A stretch of DNA of 64,000 nt from Isurus oxyrinchus (lineage: Eukaryota): NCBI GenBank assembly GCA_026770705.1, contig JANJGN010000009.1, forward strand, positions 164,300,001 through 164,364,000, given 5' to 3'. Position 1 is the first letter of the stretch, and every line of letters starts with the position of its first letter. This document shows positions 13,254 to 26,500 of this stretch, piece after piece. The notes under the pieces are model-generated. The model was not told the DNA's origin. It made no database searches and worked only from the letters and a program-made list of their open reading frames with translations. The position numbers and the translations under genes are program-made.

Positions 13254-14179
13254 TAAGTTTGGCCACTGGGGGGAAAAGGATGTTCGACAGCTTCTCCTCA
13301 AACAACTCTCACTTTTGATGAAAAACTGCATGCGATAAGACATATTGCACTGAATGACACCAACACCTGACCTGCAACCCAGCCCTATTGTGGCAAAAAC
13401 TACGTGAAGAATTTTCACCGTCCCGAAAGGAAAATATTTAACGAACATTAAACAAAATAGCAGCCTTGTTGATCGCAAATAAACATTATTCAATACATAT
13501 TTCAGAGGGACACCAACTTAGTACATCAATTTTAGACATAAAATGGCAAGATGAAAGCACAGCTACAAGGTGCAAAACAGAAGGTGGCCATGAATATTAA
13601 TGTAACCTTGGCTTCAAAAAGTCCACAACTGATTCCTTTACAGCAAATGTTTGAGTTTGAGAAATGGCGGCAAGGCAAAGGTTGGTGATTTTTATCCACG
13701 CTTCCTGATAATAGCTGCACCTATAGTGAATAAGAATAATGACTTTTGATATTTTGATTATAAAACAGGTTTTTGTTTTGTGCAGTTAATTGGGGGAGAT
13801 GTAAAATGGGTGGCAGATTCACTATCCATTTTGCACTATCACAGAAAGTCGAAATCACCCTAATGTACGAGTAGTTCCCATGGCAATGTTTATGCAGCAA
13901 TCACACTTCGAGCATTTTCTTTTTAGAATTATTACGATCACCGTAGAGACCAAGAACTTTTAAAAGTATTCAAACTTCCAGTTAATAGTTGAAAGAATGG
14001 CCCAGCAATATTTCATATTTTAAAACTCTTACTGTAGCAAATGACTAAAGAACAGCACTATTGAAAACCGCATTTTCTTTTTGTAGGCGACTTATACTTT
14101 AAACTACAGAAAGGAATGTTCCCCCATTCTTAAAACACATCCCACTCTCCACAGCAAAGGTCTGCGATCCAGTGCAGAA

Positions 14180-17100
14180 AGGGGATGAAGGATCTCATCC
14201 ATCGCAGCAGGATAAGTCAACCATCTCATCACCCTAAACTCACACATTCACAAGCTTATAAGGCCTTAAGCAGGGAGACACTTCACAGAGATCTCACACA
14301 CTTCCAGCTTAAGACACATCATCACTCACTTCCTCATTCACCTTCCCATCTCCATCTGGGCTCATATCCTGTGCTGTTGGTGTCTTCATTCCGTCCACTG
14401 CTCCACCCACCAACCACACAAGGCAGGCATGTGCCCATCCATTTATCCATTTGTCTTCATGCTCGTACATAATAGCTGAGAGAGAGGCCCCAGACCGGAG
14501 GTGAACTGGCTGAAATTAAGGCCATAACTCCATATGAGGAGTGTGCCATTGCACTGGCCGGAGTGGACAGGGACCTTGCATGTGGTGAAGGTGAGATTGG
14601 CACTGTAAACCTAAGTGAAGACCCTGCACCAATCATCCTTAAGACAACAACCATACTGTGAGTACATTCTGCTATCTTCCAGTCACTTTCCACATTTACG
14701 TAATCTCTAATTTCATTCATAGGAACCTGCAGAAAGCATCTAAGAGCATCAGCCAACCAGGCCTTCATCTCCAGCCTTGAAGAAACTTTGAAGCAAGAAG
14801 AAGAGGAGCGCTCCATTTAAGATGCACCACAGCGTTCATTCACATCCTCCTCCGATGCAGAAACACACACTTCAGCGGGAGCTAGTTCTAGAGTGGCCTA
14901 GAGTCACAATCTGATGATCACAGCACACAGTCTCATCCATAACAAGTTGAGGCAAAGGTATCCAAGATAGCCGGCGCTAGGGGGACCGCTGGATGCCAAG
15001 ATTCTGCTGAGTCTGAATCTGATGACGAGCCTCTGGACTTGAGCCTAACTCAGTTGGTGGAGCTTCAGTGACAGTCAGGGGAATATCAGCTGCTTTCCAC
15101 ACATTGCAACATACAATGGGGGAGTCCATCCACATTCAGTCTGAGGTTATAGCGTTGTGATACCAAACAACTGAGGTCAACACTGGTAGGATGACAGCTG
15201 CCATGAAGACCTTTGTCTAGGACATAGGTCCTGCACTGCACCGGGAGCTTTACTTCATCGGTGTAGCCCTTGGTGTCATCTATCAGTGACTATGAGAGAA
15301 GGGGACAGGGCAACTCGATCTCACTCCAGCTTGCCCCTATCCTCAAGGAGTCAGCGAGGGGCCTCAAGTGCTCAAAGGGAGGGGGACCAACAGCTGGGCA
15401 CCCAAGGCCATACACCCAGGTGATTCCAGGATTGTCCAGTTAATCCCAATCCCCTCTTCCTGTGGCCCCAACATCTCCAGCTCTACCGGCCAAGGAGGGT
15501 GCACCTGCCCCACAGCTGGACACCCAAAGCAGGCCAGGACCTTCCAGGTTTCAGCCTTCTAGAGGACACATGCTAAAGTCATCACCGGCAACAGGGCATT
15601 GCAGTCAGCAAGCTGCTTCCACCTCGGCTGTGGATGTTGGGGATGCACCAAGATGTGGTGGAGATAGGAAAATTAAAAGATATTAGGAGCACAACAGTGG
15701 TATGGGTGCTAACCACAGGTTGTATCCTTTGCACCAATGTAAATAAAATCGCACACATTCCACATGTCCTCTTGTAGATGCCTCCTCTGTGTGATGAGCT
15801 GTGTTGTTGTCTATCAGGTGTGACATCATAGTCCCTACTCCCACTTATTGCAGATGTTGAAAGCACGTGCCTCTGGTAGATGTTGCCAATTTCCATATCC
15901 CCACAGTGTGTGTGCACTTTCGGATCATTTCAAACATCATTGAAACCCCGTCCTTAATGTTAAGTCTGTGTAAGGTACCTCGTTCACGTTGTTCTGGTTC
16001 ATGTCGTCTTCATTCTTGGATGTTTAAGATTGAGGCTGAGGTGTTCACCTATCTCGTCTGCATTATTGTAAGGTGAAGGTCTCATGTCCATGGAGACATG
16101 TGTAAACGCGTGGAGAAGGGTCATATATCCTGACACTCCATTTGCTGTCATCTGGCAGGATTTCCTGTCTATGAGACCTTACTCATAGATTGTGTGTGAC
16201 TCTGTCCACCTTGAGCATTGCCAACTCTCTGAGTGCACATCTGCTGAGATCAGCGAGAAGCGTGAACACCTTCCCACCTTTAAGTGCCAGAGCTCTGAAC
16301 CTCGTCGGCACTTCATTTTGCTAGTACTCAAGCTTCCAACCTTCTGCCTTTCGATCCTTGTGGTTACCTGCATTGCAGCCACAAGGCTCTCGTCACAATG
16401 TAGGGATGCAGAGCTGAGCCACACGTTCGGAGTAGCGCCCCCTCACCTGTACCCTCACCGAGGTCATTGAAGATAAATACAAATGGTGATGTGCTGCAGT
16501 CAATGGAGATTTACAGCATGCTCTGGAAGCACTTATGATATTTGTGAGGGTATCATTGAATCTGATGAGTGCTTTTTATTATCAACCAAGTGTTACCTTG
16601 AGTGGTTCATGATGTCTTTGCATTTTGCAGCTGACAAGGGTCAGGGTGGCCATGAGGGCAGACTGAGTGTGAGCTTCACGATCCTCAGGTGCTACAAATC
16701 CATGGAAAGGTCATGGTGAATGCGCACCCACATCCCAAACTGAGAGTTCCAGATGTCAATGCGATAGTGCAGCAGGTGGCACTGATGACTAGGCGATATC
16801 AAAATTAAGTTATACCTGAGTAACGTCCTCAGCTGCCTTGGCCCAAGTGTGACCTTTCAGTGACACCATCAAGTTGACACGTAACACGTCCCATTTTGGC
16901 AGATGGATCTCCTTGTGGAGCTTTGTCAGACTGAAGGCATGCAGCAACCAGTGTGCTGAGGATTGTAGAGCAGCTCCTGCCTCTATAAGGACACCATGGT
17001 GACTGGGATGCTGCAGAGGCGCTAGAAGAGGCTGTACCTTTTGATGTGTGGTGCCGGAACCTCCTCGCAGCAAGGACACATGTTCCTGAGGCTTCATCAT

Positions 17101-20055
17101 CCTTCAAAAGACTAGGAGAATGGTTGGCAAAATGGCTGAGCACTTACTCTCCTTGCAACGAGTGTTAGCAACACTGGTGTTCATGTGGACTCATGGGAGA
17201 GGACACTTGTCCAAGATGGTGCAGACTACTGCTCATCATCCTCCTCATGGAATCTGGTGGCTATGAGGGCCTCAGGTGCATGCCTTTCACGTCTGGCCTG
17301 TGCTATGGCCTCTTCCCCCACAGTCACAGCTTCCTCAAACTTATCAACCTCAATCCTTCCAATGTCCGCCTCAATGGAGGAGATGTGCAGATCCTTCCCT
17401 CTTTGCTGCACCAGGTTGTGCAGTGTGCAGCAGATGGTGATGACCCAGAATACCCTTTGGGAGTGTACTGGAGTGATCCACTAGACCTATAAAGGCATCA
17501 AAACCGTATCTTCAAGATGCCAATGCTCTGCTCAGACAATGTTCGGAGCGATATGAGCATCGTTTTACCTTCTCTCTGGATTTTGTGGTCACCGACTGAA
17601 CATCATTGGCCAGGTCCTTTGCCAAGGAGCCAAGCCTGATTCCATGTGGTCCCTCAAATATATCAGGGATCTGTGATCTACTCAAGATGTATGAATCATG
17701 GCAGCTTTCTGGGTATCTCATACACACCCACATGATTTGCTTCTTGTGGTTGCAGACCAGATGAACATTGAATGAGTGGAATTCTTTCCTGTTTATGTAT
17801 TGGAACGCCAGTTAGCAGGGAGATTTGATAGCCACATGAGTGCAACCAGTAGTACCCTGCATCTGTGGAAATCTGGAAATCTCAGAGAAGCCCAGTGCTC
17901 TGCCCTGCTGGCTCTCTTGATCCCTCTGGTGAAGTGTACATAATTGTGGGCGTTCACAGAAAGGGCATTTGTCACCTCAAGTCTGCATTTGTGCGTTGTT
18001 GCTTGGGAAACCCCACACAGGTGCCCAATGGGGCCTTGGAATGAGCCATTGGTGTAGAAGTTCAGTGCGACAGTGACTTTCAGAACTACTGACAATGGAT
18101 CCTCTCCCAGTCCCCATGATGCCAAATCCTGGGGAATGTGGCAAAGGTGAGTCACCATGAGCCACTGTGAGTCCCTGGACATGCTGAGGCGTCGGCAACA
18201 CTGTCTCTCGCTCATCTGCAAATAAGACATGCAAAGTCTGTACATCCTTGATCTTGAGAGTCACCTCACACAACGTTCCTGTGAGCCTCATCCTCTGCAC
18301 CCGGAGGGGACCCTGGTGGCCCACGCTCATGAGGGTGTAGCTCCTCCCTTTGGCAAGCCAGATGCCACAATCACAATCTTCTCCACCTTCTCTCCTTCCT
18401 GTGCAAACAGCAACAAATCCCCCAAATTTCTGTAGATTACTGGAGTGTGACCGTGGGTTCAAGGACATGGTTCCAGTGGCAGCAACTATTCAACACTGAA
18501 ATCCTGGCCAGAGCAAGGAACGTTTGATGATGCACCTTCCCCACCCCACCCCCCCCCCCACCCCCCCACTCCAACCTTGACATGACTGACTGCTACGAGG
18601 TTGCTTTGGCCAGACGCAGTGATCCTCAATGACTGCCCTGTTATTCTACACTCTTCCTGATGCCCTTGAGGTCTAATATTCATTGAGAAGCGGTGATTAT
18701 TTGGGGGTGGTGGGGGAGGAGGTGCTGAGACTTCTCATCTGTGAGCCTGCCAGCGCCAAGGCCCTGAGCTTCTGCATTAAAGATGCATCTGCAGCTTGTC
18801 CAGTCTCCAAAATGCTCTCGACCTTGTTATCACTGTGGGAAATTGTTACACTTGGAACAAGGGGTTAAAGCAAAAAGTTCCATTAGTGCCATGATTCGTC
18901 ATTAATCTGGTAGGAATGTGCGTCGTTACTTCATTCTCCTGATTCCCTGCATTATCATTGAAAGGCTCCTAACATGTCTCAGGCGTTCATCCCTCCTCAT
19001 TTGGGAATGTACAGTTCAGTTGGGTGCCCCTTTAATGCCCTCCACCCCCCCCTCCCCAGGGCAGTGCGCCACTCCTCCAAACGGCCCTCACCAGCCGATC
19101 TATTCCTCAGTTTAATTTTGTGCCGCACAACCACTTCAGGTTGCAAGATGATGGTGCCAAGGCCTCACTATCAGACCAGCTTGGACCCTACCCCGTGTGA
19201 GTGCGGTGACCCCTGCATTATGTTCAGGTGTCCCCCCTCCAATAACTCTCAAGCCTTCCCCTCCAAGGCTTTATGTCATTTTGATTGTGGAGGATATTCC
19301 TGTGTGACCCCCCTGAATGCATTGAGGTCGATGTGCCTATGCCTTATTTGCAGATCCCCATCTTGAGGCCGATTGCACAGTGAGATACTGAATGCCTCCT
19401 CTGCTCCACCTTGAACATCTGAAATGACCCTACAGTACCTTTCCCCATCGATAGCCTACCCTGACTTTGAGAGTGCCATCTGCAGCCCATCATTGAAGCA
19501 GAAACCCTCCACCCAGACTGAGGCGCCTGTTATAACAACTAGGCCCAACGCACAACATGCTGGGCATGACTGACACTTGACTGACATGCCCCTCCCCCCT
19601 CCCTGTTGTGGGACAAAGACAGTCTATGAAAAGTCAGCAATATAAACTGAAGCCCCCTCTTCGCTCTGCCATCTCCCCATTCTGGCCCCAACTCACTCAT
19701 GCCTCTCTCTAAGACTCTGTTCCCCATTCTGGCCTAGAGGATGGTTCCAACTCGCAGTACCTGGTCATGTGCCGGAGGCCCTCCTTTGCCACTTTTACCC
19801 CACTCCCAGTGGAGGCCTTGTCCTGTGGCCCATTACCTTGCCTCTGCATTATGATGAGTATTCATCATATTCAAATGTAATAAAGTGAGATTCCCGACAA
19901 GGCATGGCAGGAATCGTGTGCCTCCTTTGAAGTCAGGTGTCAACAATCGCAACCTGATTTCCCACTAACATGAAACCGATTTTTTCACTCTGACAATATT
20001 TTCCACTCCCGCCTGCCTTGGTGTCGGCTGCAGAAAGGAGCAGAAAATCCTGGCC
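14180..20055 (-). mobile_element. Degenerate PIF/Harbinger transposon: transposase on minus (~17190-18470), Myb/SANT-gene remnant on plus (~14180-15686)
   Basis: PLSVVLKVTVALNFYTNGSFQG..G.LCGVSQAT; YPESCHDSYIL. Convergent second gene ends PRC.G..KIKRY*. TIR-like gaaaatcctggcc at ~20055. Confidence 0.8.
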
Positions 20056-20152
20056 ACAATTCCAAAACACAACGATCTTGTAAACCTCACGATTGTAACA
20101 GAATCAACCAGACAGAATAGACAAATTAGATTAAAGTAATCTTTATTAGTGA

Positions 20153-21350
20153 CTGTTACGGACAGGAGAAAGACAGGCAAACTGTACTTACTTTCTCTCA
20201 TCAACTACCCAGAAGCAGAAAGTGTTTTGAGTTATTTTTAAATTATGCAGTGGCAAGTTTTGCTAAATCCGCAGTTTGTGTGATCCTATTTACTAATAAC
20301 TCACAGCAAACTCACGTTATGATTAACTCAGAAGGTTGGTTTATTCCACATTCAAAACCAGGGGAGGAGCGTTTGCAANNNNNNNNNNNNNNNNNNNNNN
20401 NNNNNNNNNNNNNNNNNNNNNNNNNNNNNNNNNNNNNNNNNNNNNNNNNNNNNNNNNNNNNNNNNNNNNNNNNNNNNNNNNNNNNNNNNNNNNNNNNNNN
20501 NNNNNNNNNNNNNNNNNNNNNNNNNNNNNNNNNNAATAAAGAGCTTCACAGCTATGGATAGTAACAGTACAAGAACCACAGAAATTAATATTAGTTCATG
20601 TGATTTCTAGGATCTGTTAAGTCAAAAGTCCAGAGTGTGTGCTTCCTTCGTGGCTGAGTTCAGTCTCAATGAGTTTCTGGATGGGAGACAACAACACCAA
20701 AACCCTCGAAACAGATGGTGCTGCAACACAATGGGCTTTCTGTGCTTAGACCACTTGGCAGGCATTAATCAGACACTTTTAAAATCAAACGCGTTTCATG
20801 GAGTTAAGAGATGGTAACCGACTGCTTGCTCAGCTGGACTGCTAGAGTCCTTTCCAGTTGATGTTAAAACAGCAGTCTGCCTGTGAGGCCAATGATGGAA
20901 TGTTAAAACTGTCCAAAAGGCCTGAGGCTTAGATCATGTGACAGGCCCCATTAATGGTCAATTGCAGCTTAAAAATCAATTTCTGTGCCTCTGGCCAGAA
21001 TTCCATTGTTCCTCCTTGGGAGAGAGACTCTCCTACTCTTGCAATAGTTCAGGTTGGGGGGCCAGTTCATCTGTACTTCTTCTGCTTGTATTGGTTATAA
21101 TGGGTCATTACAATGAGGTGTGAGATTCCACAGGTTGAGAGAGGAAATATTTTGTTCCAACAACTCCTGCAGTAGCTCCCGGAACAAAGCATCGGTCCTG
21201 TGGTCATGTGACTTGTGGCGATCATCTTTTTTTTCAACAGAAAGTCCATTTTTTTTAAACATGGCAAAAGAATAAGGTTTTGGATTCCTTTTCATGTCAT
21301 ATGGACAAACAGTGACTATTTGATTCATGAATGGGGTATTGACAAAGGCA
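20153..21350. mobile_element. Probable LTR-type repeat spanning the assembly gap
   Basis: Starts TGTTACG; non-coding; boundaries uncertain. Confidence 0.3.
20379..20534. other. Assembly gap (156 N)
   Basis: Run of N. Confidence 1.
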
Positions 21351-22276
21351 ACTATAACAATTTGCATTTACATAACATACTAAAAATTCCAGGATGTTTC
21401 ACAGGAACATTATGAAACAAAATTAGGTAATAAGCCACATAAGGCAATGTTAATAACAAGTTGACTAATAATGGCCATCCTCCCATTCAAACAAACAGCC
21501 TTAAGGTCAAGGGTAATGTCGCAAGCAATAGATTATTAAAGTTTGTTTGAAAGCTAGGCTCCAGTGTGATTGGAATAAAGTTCAAGAAACAACAAATGGC
21601 AGCAGAAACTTGGGCAGTTCCTCATTGAGCAATGTTGATACCAAAGAAAATGCACTGGAGTGGAAACTGATTAAAGTGACCTATCAGCAATGTTCGTCAA
21701 TCCCTGCACCAGAACTGTTAGGCCCGTAGTCTGATAGCTTTTGGGTCCTGAGCCTCATTTTAATAAGAGTGACAAGCTGCAGACGCCTATCGCACTGCCC
21801 TTGGCAACTCACTGACAAAGGCCAGATAAACGTTGAGCTGCTGTAATAGAGGTGGCAGCCCTCAGGTAAGCCATGGAACAGTTAGGCTGAAGAGAGGGGA
21901 GAGGGTGGGCAGTGATAAAGAGGGGGCTAGTGTCAGCCTCAGGAGTCCTGCTCCTTCTGGCTCTAAGTTAAAAGTGTGTCATTTAATATCATGATTCATT
22001 GATCTAGGCCAAGTGTTTCTGGTTATCTATGGTAGCTGGTGATTAACACATTGTCCAGCCAGCTACAAAAACAGGATAATTTGACATTCTCTTGGTATTA
22101 GCACATTAAACCTCACTTTATTTGAACAAAAAACCCACAAATTAGATACATGCATTTCACTTTGCCAGACTTGCAGAAACAGCCAAACAAAACATTAAAT
22201 AATAAAGACCAAAACAGTTCAAACACAAAGTGCTTGAAATACTGGCAGCATCTGTGGAGAGAGAAATAGAGTTAAT

Positions 22277-23175
22277 GGGCTGGATTTTCTCCTAATTGGG
22301 GTGACTCAGGAGCCCTTTAAAAATTGTAGCGGATTGCAACTCTAGGGTTTCCAATTTTTGGGGGTGCCTTTTAGGAGTGCCGACTAGCTCAGGCCCCGAG
22401 GGCACACCCTGCACTCCTGGCTCCAGATGTTTTAATACACTAATGGATGAATGGGCTCTCAGCCAGGAATACAGGATAAGGCTTGGCAGAGAGCCCATCA
22501 GCCTGTCGAAACACAAGAGCCCAAGGACAAACATTGCTTGATTAATGTTCCTAGCTCAGTAATTTATTTTACCTGCACAAGCTAAAAAGGTTTCAAGTGT
22601 TTGCAGTTTCTGCTATTGAAACTTAAAGGGGCTTCGATAATTTCCACTTTAATTTGACTGTAGTAAAAATGAGTTTTACTTAAGGAAGTGGAAAGATGTC
22701 AATGAATATCTTATTTAAAAGCTTATTTTGCAATCTTACTGTCACCATCATTTCTTCTACAAAGTGTATATTGAATGAATGGGCTTGGAAGTGCCATAGC
22801 TTGGCATGTGGGCATGAGGGGCCATACGGAACATGTGGGGGAGGGGAGGGTATGAAATGGCATGGATGGAGCATGGGGAATGAGTGAGGGTGAGGGCGTT
22901 TGAGGGGTGAGGGCGTTTGAGGGGTGAGGGCTGGACCGCCTTTCTGTTTTTCTTTTAACTGGGATGGTGTCCCACAGCACCGAGGCAGGCCTTTTAAACA
23001 GGACACCTCCAGATCTGGCCCCTGTGGCTGCCTCTGAACGTTTCCTGGGTCAGCTGGCCAGACTGCACCGACGATGAAAATCCCATCCTTGCTGGCACTT
23101 TCTCCTGAGGCAGCTGGGCGGAGCCAGGAATTTTCCCAACTCCCGCTACCTGTTTCAGGGATGAAAATCCAGCCC
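22277..23175. mobile_element. Harbinger-type MITE inserted in a Penelope-derived palindrome (~22200-23355)
   Basis: Perfect 13-bp TIR gggctggattttc / gaaaatccagccc; TSD AAT. Confidence 0.85.
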
Positions 23176-23396
23176 AATGAATCGAGGCAAATATGAGTCT
23201 TTATCAGGACTGTACAGCAGTTCTGAAGAAAATTCATAGTCAACTCGAAACATTAACTCTGTTGCTCCTTCCGCCGATACTTCCAGATCTGCTGAGTATT
23301 TCCAGCACTTTCCGGTTTTATTTAGATCTCTAGCGTCTGCGGTATTTACTTTTGCCAAAGAATTTTGTCATTAGCGCTTCCCCATTCCTCAAAATG

Positions 23397-23405
23397 CACT
23401 TCCTG
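23397..23405 (-). promoter_or_regulatory. ETS/PU.1-type site (CAGGAAGTG on minus) in gene 1 proximal promoter
   Basis: CACTTCCTG ~140 bp upstream of the ATG. Motif match only. Confidence 0.3.
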
Positions 23406-23543
23406 TGAACTTGAGCAGTTGAAAACAAGAATCATCCCCTTGTTTTCAGTTTCATTAGTCAATAAAGCTGAGTGAAGCAAAAATAAGGAGGGGCAGTTCC
23501 ATAGCTCTCTCTGTGATATTTGTTCAACTTTAAAACATAAAAC

Positions 23544-23583
23544 ATGGATTTGTCGTTTCATCTTTTCATGATCTCCTTCTCAG
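23544..23583 (+). CDS. Gene 1 exon 1 (signal peptide MDLSFHLFMISFS)
   Basis: aacATGG context; 40 nt ending TCAG|gtaaga. Same length, donor and 5' context as gene 2 exon 1. Confidence 0.8.
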
Positions 23584-26500
23584 GTAAGAAACAAACAATT
23601 TCTAGGAGCTTCTATGGTGAAATGAGAATTGTGTGCATTAGTGCAAGTTTTATGGAAACATTAATTAGTAGCAGATCTTTCGTCTAGAATATTTGCCTAA
23701 TTATAAGTTTGTTAATCCTCCCTATCCAATTTTCCTATAGGAAATTCAATACCCCCAGGCATAGGAACAGGAAAATCCACTGCAGCATTCCTATCAGCTG
23801 TGGCTCAATGGTGGAACAGTAGTTATGGTACCTGTGAAGGTTGTGGGTTCAAGTCCCAGTCCAGCGACTTGAGTATGTTGAACTAGAATAGCACTTCAGC
23901 TTAGTGATCAGGGCTCAGACATCCCATCTCCCCTATCAGGTGCATGTGAAAGATTTCATGGTGTTACCTTGATGTGTGATACAAAAGTAAATCATCTGGT
24001 CTTTCATTGTTATTTGTGGGATCTTGCTGCTCACACGTTGTTTGCCTCTTTAACTACTACAATGAGTATACTTGCACCAAGTTTGTTGGCTGTAAAGCAT
24101 TCTGATGTCATGAAAGATGCAAGACTTGATTTCTTTTTCCAATCATTTTAATGCACTTTAAACTATCCTTTTGTGTTTTACTTTAACATCTGTTTCAAAT
24201 AATTGAAGCCATTTTATGAATCCGTGCAGATTTATGTGTCAGCAATCTGCTGCTGAGAAAAGTCTCTCTATACTGTGACAGGAGGGTAAACACCTGTTCA
24301 TGTCATAATCTTTTTGATCATCTTTTTGCTTGCCACTGCTTCATGCACTGAACTATTATGTCCTTCAGCCTTATTGCACCAGAGCAAAAGAAACTAAATG
24401 TCAATTTTTAAAAAAGTAATAACAGCAATTAACATTTACAGGTCCCATGTACGCTCTTCCAAATGCAGAAGCGATGTTCGATATTCAGCAATGTTTGTGT
24501 CATATTATAGGAACAGTAGGAGGCCCCTTGAGCCAGTTCCAATATTAGCGAACACTTTGAATTTAAATGTGTGTATTGAGATTGGTAAACTTACTCTCCC
24601 AATTTGGTCATTCGAGTGATGTAGTTGAGGTGCTTACTGTGTCTTGCAAAGGAAGTACAGGAAGCATTCTGTATTGAAACTGTGCTCTGTATCGTGTCCT
24701 GGAGAAGGGTTATGTTTGACTTGAAACATTGGCCAGGGTTTTCCGGCCCAGCCGTGAGGGATAGGGCGAGCCAATCAAGTGCCCGTTGACTTCGATGGGA
24801 GATCCCGCCGGCGGGAGGGGCTGGGAAAATTCCGCCCATTAGCCTCGTTTCTCTCCCCGTAGATGCTGCGGACCTGCTGAGTCTTTCCAGCACTTTCTGT
24901 TTTCATTTCAATGAGATCGTGGCTGACCTATGACCTAACTTCATACGCCTGCTTTTGGCCTATTTCCGTGAATAGGTTTGGTTGATAAAAATCTATCAAA
25001 CTCAGACCTAAAATTAGTAATGACCAGGTATCAACTTCCATTGCGCAAGAGAGTTCCAAATCGTGTGTAGATGTACAAGAGGTGTTTCCTTCATTTCACT
25101 CTTGGAAGGGCAGACTCTAGTTTTGAAACTATCTCCCCTATAGACTGCCAACCATGGAAATAGCTGCTCTCTACCTACCCTATCTAATCCCCTTAACATC
25201 TTGAAAATTCCAGTAAAATCACCCCTTAACCTTCTAAATTCCAATGAATACAACCTCTCTGCGTGAATAATCTCCCCACTTAATCCAGTCCTTGGAATCC
25301 CTATTTACACAAGGGCAGCTGAATTTCAATCCAGCATGTTTTTTTGGTGCTCCTTTGCGAGACACGTTGGCCTGGATTTTCACTGAGTCAAGTTGACTGA
25401 GGAGCCCTTGGAAAAATGGCAGGCGGGTCCCGATTCCAGGATTCCCGACCCCACTCCCAGGCTGTGCGATTCTTGGGGGTGTTTTTAAAGGATGCGGGTT
25501 GCTTCCTGTCAGAAGCACGTGTCCTGGTCAGCTCCGTTGCGGAGGTAGTCATGTCCCGGTCCTCTGCAGTTTTCATGGAGCCGGGCCAGGTTTTTAAAGT
25601 GATTCACGGGCCTGTGAGTGGATTCCTGAACCATAGGGGAGAATGTTCCACACCTGCCCACCACTGCCATCTTCCGGACCCACCACAAGGCAACGGATTT
25701 CTGGCCGCGGCACTGCCTTGCCCATAGCTTGAGGTGATCTTTTAAAATGTAAGTTCAAGAGGTTCCCCTCATGGCTCCTACACCAAGTTATGCCCCCACT
25801 AACCCCCTCAGGGCCCTCTTGCCTCCTATCCCAAGCTCTGCCCTGAGGGGTTGGGTGGAAGGTGAGGGAACATAGGGGTGAGTCATGAACATGGGGTCAT
25901 GAGATGGCATTGATGGGACATAGAACCATAGAATCATAGAACCATAGAACACTAAAGCACAGAAAACAGGCCATTCAGCCCTTCTAGTATGTGCCGAAAT
26001 ATTATTCCAATTGTCCCATTGAACTGCACCCAGTCCATAACCCTCCAGACCTCTCCCATTCATGTATCTATCCAATTTATTTTCTGTGGAGTGTTTGGAG
26101 GATGAAGGAGATAAGAAAAGGGAGGGGGGGGGGGCAACGGAGGGGAGGGCCTTTGTGTATTTTTTCACTGGGACAAAGTCCCATGGCACCGAGGTAGGCC
26201 TTTTAAAAAGCCCCTCCCCTGCGGCTCCGAACCTTTTTCCAGGTCAGCTAACCCGACTCCAGCCAGCATCCACCTCCCAGCATTGAGGATCCTGCCTGGG
26301 CTGGGCACGTCCTCCTAAGACAGGCGGGCAGATCAGGAATATTTCCCCGACTCCCATTATCCGCCTCGAGGGTGAAAATCCAGGCGTTAATACGGAAATC
26401 CCTCAAACGCCATCATTAGGACCATCAAATTGGGAGAGTGAGTTTACAAGCCTTAATGGACATTTTGAAACTTCAAGTATTCAAGGGACACTTTATGCTG

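Noticed and set aside
13480-13620. ILDIKWQD-like peptide suggestive of an RTE LINE
   Set aside because: Too short; flanking RTE motifs not recoverable.
23790-23870. tRNA gene
   Set aside because: Only A/B-box-like remnants followed by SINE body; no cloverleaf.
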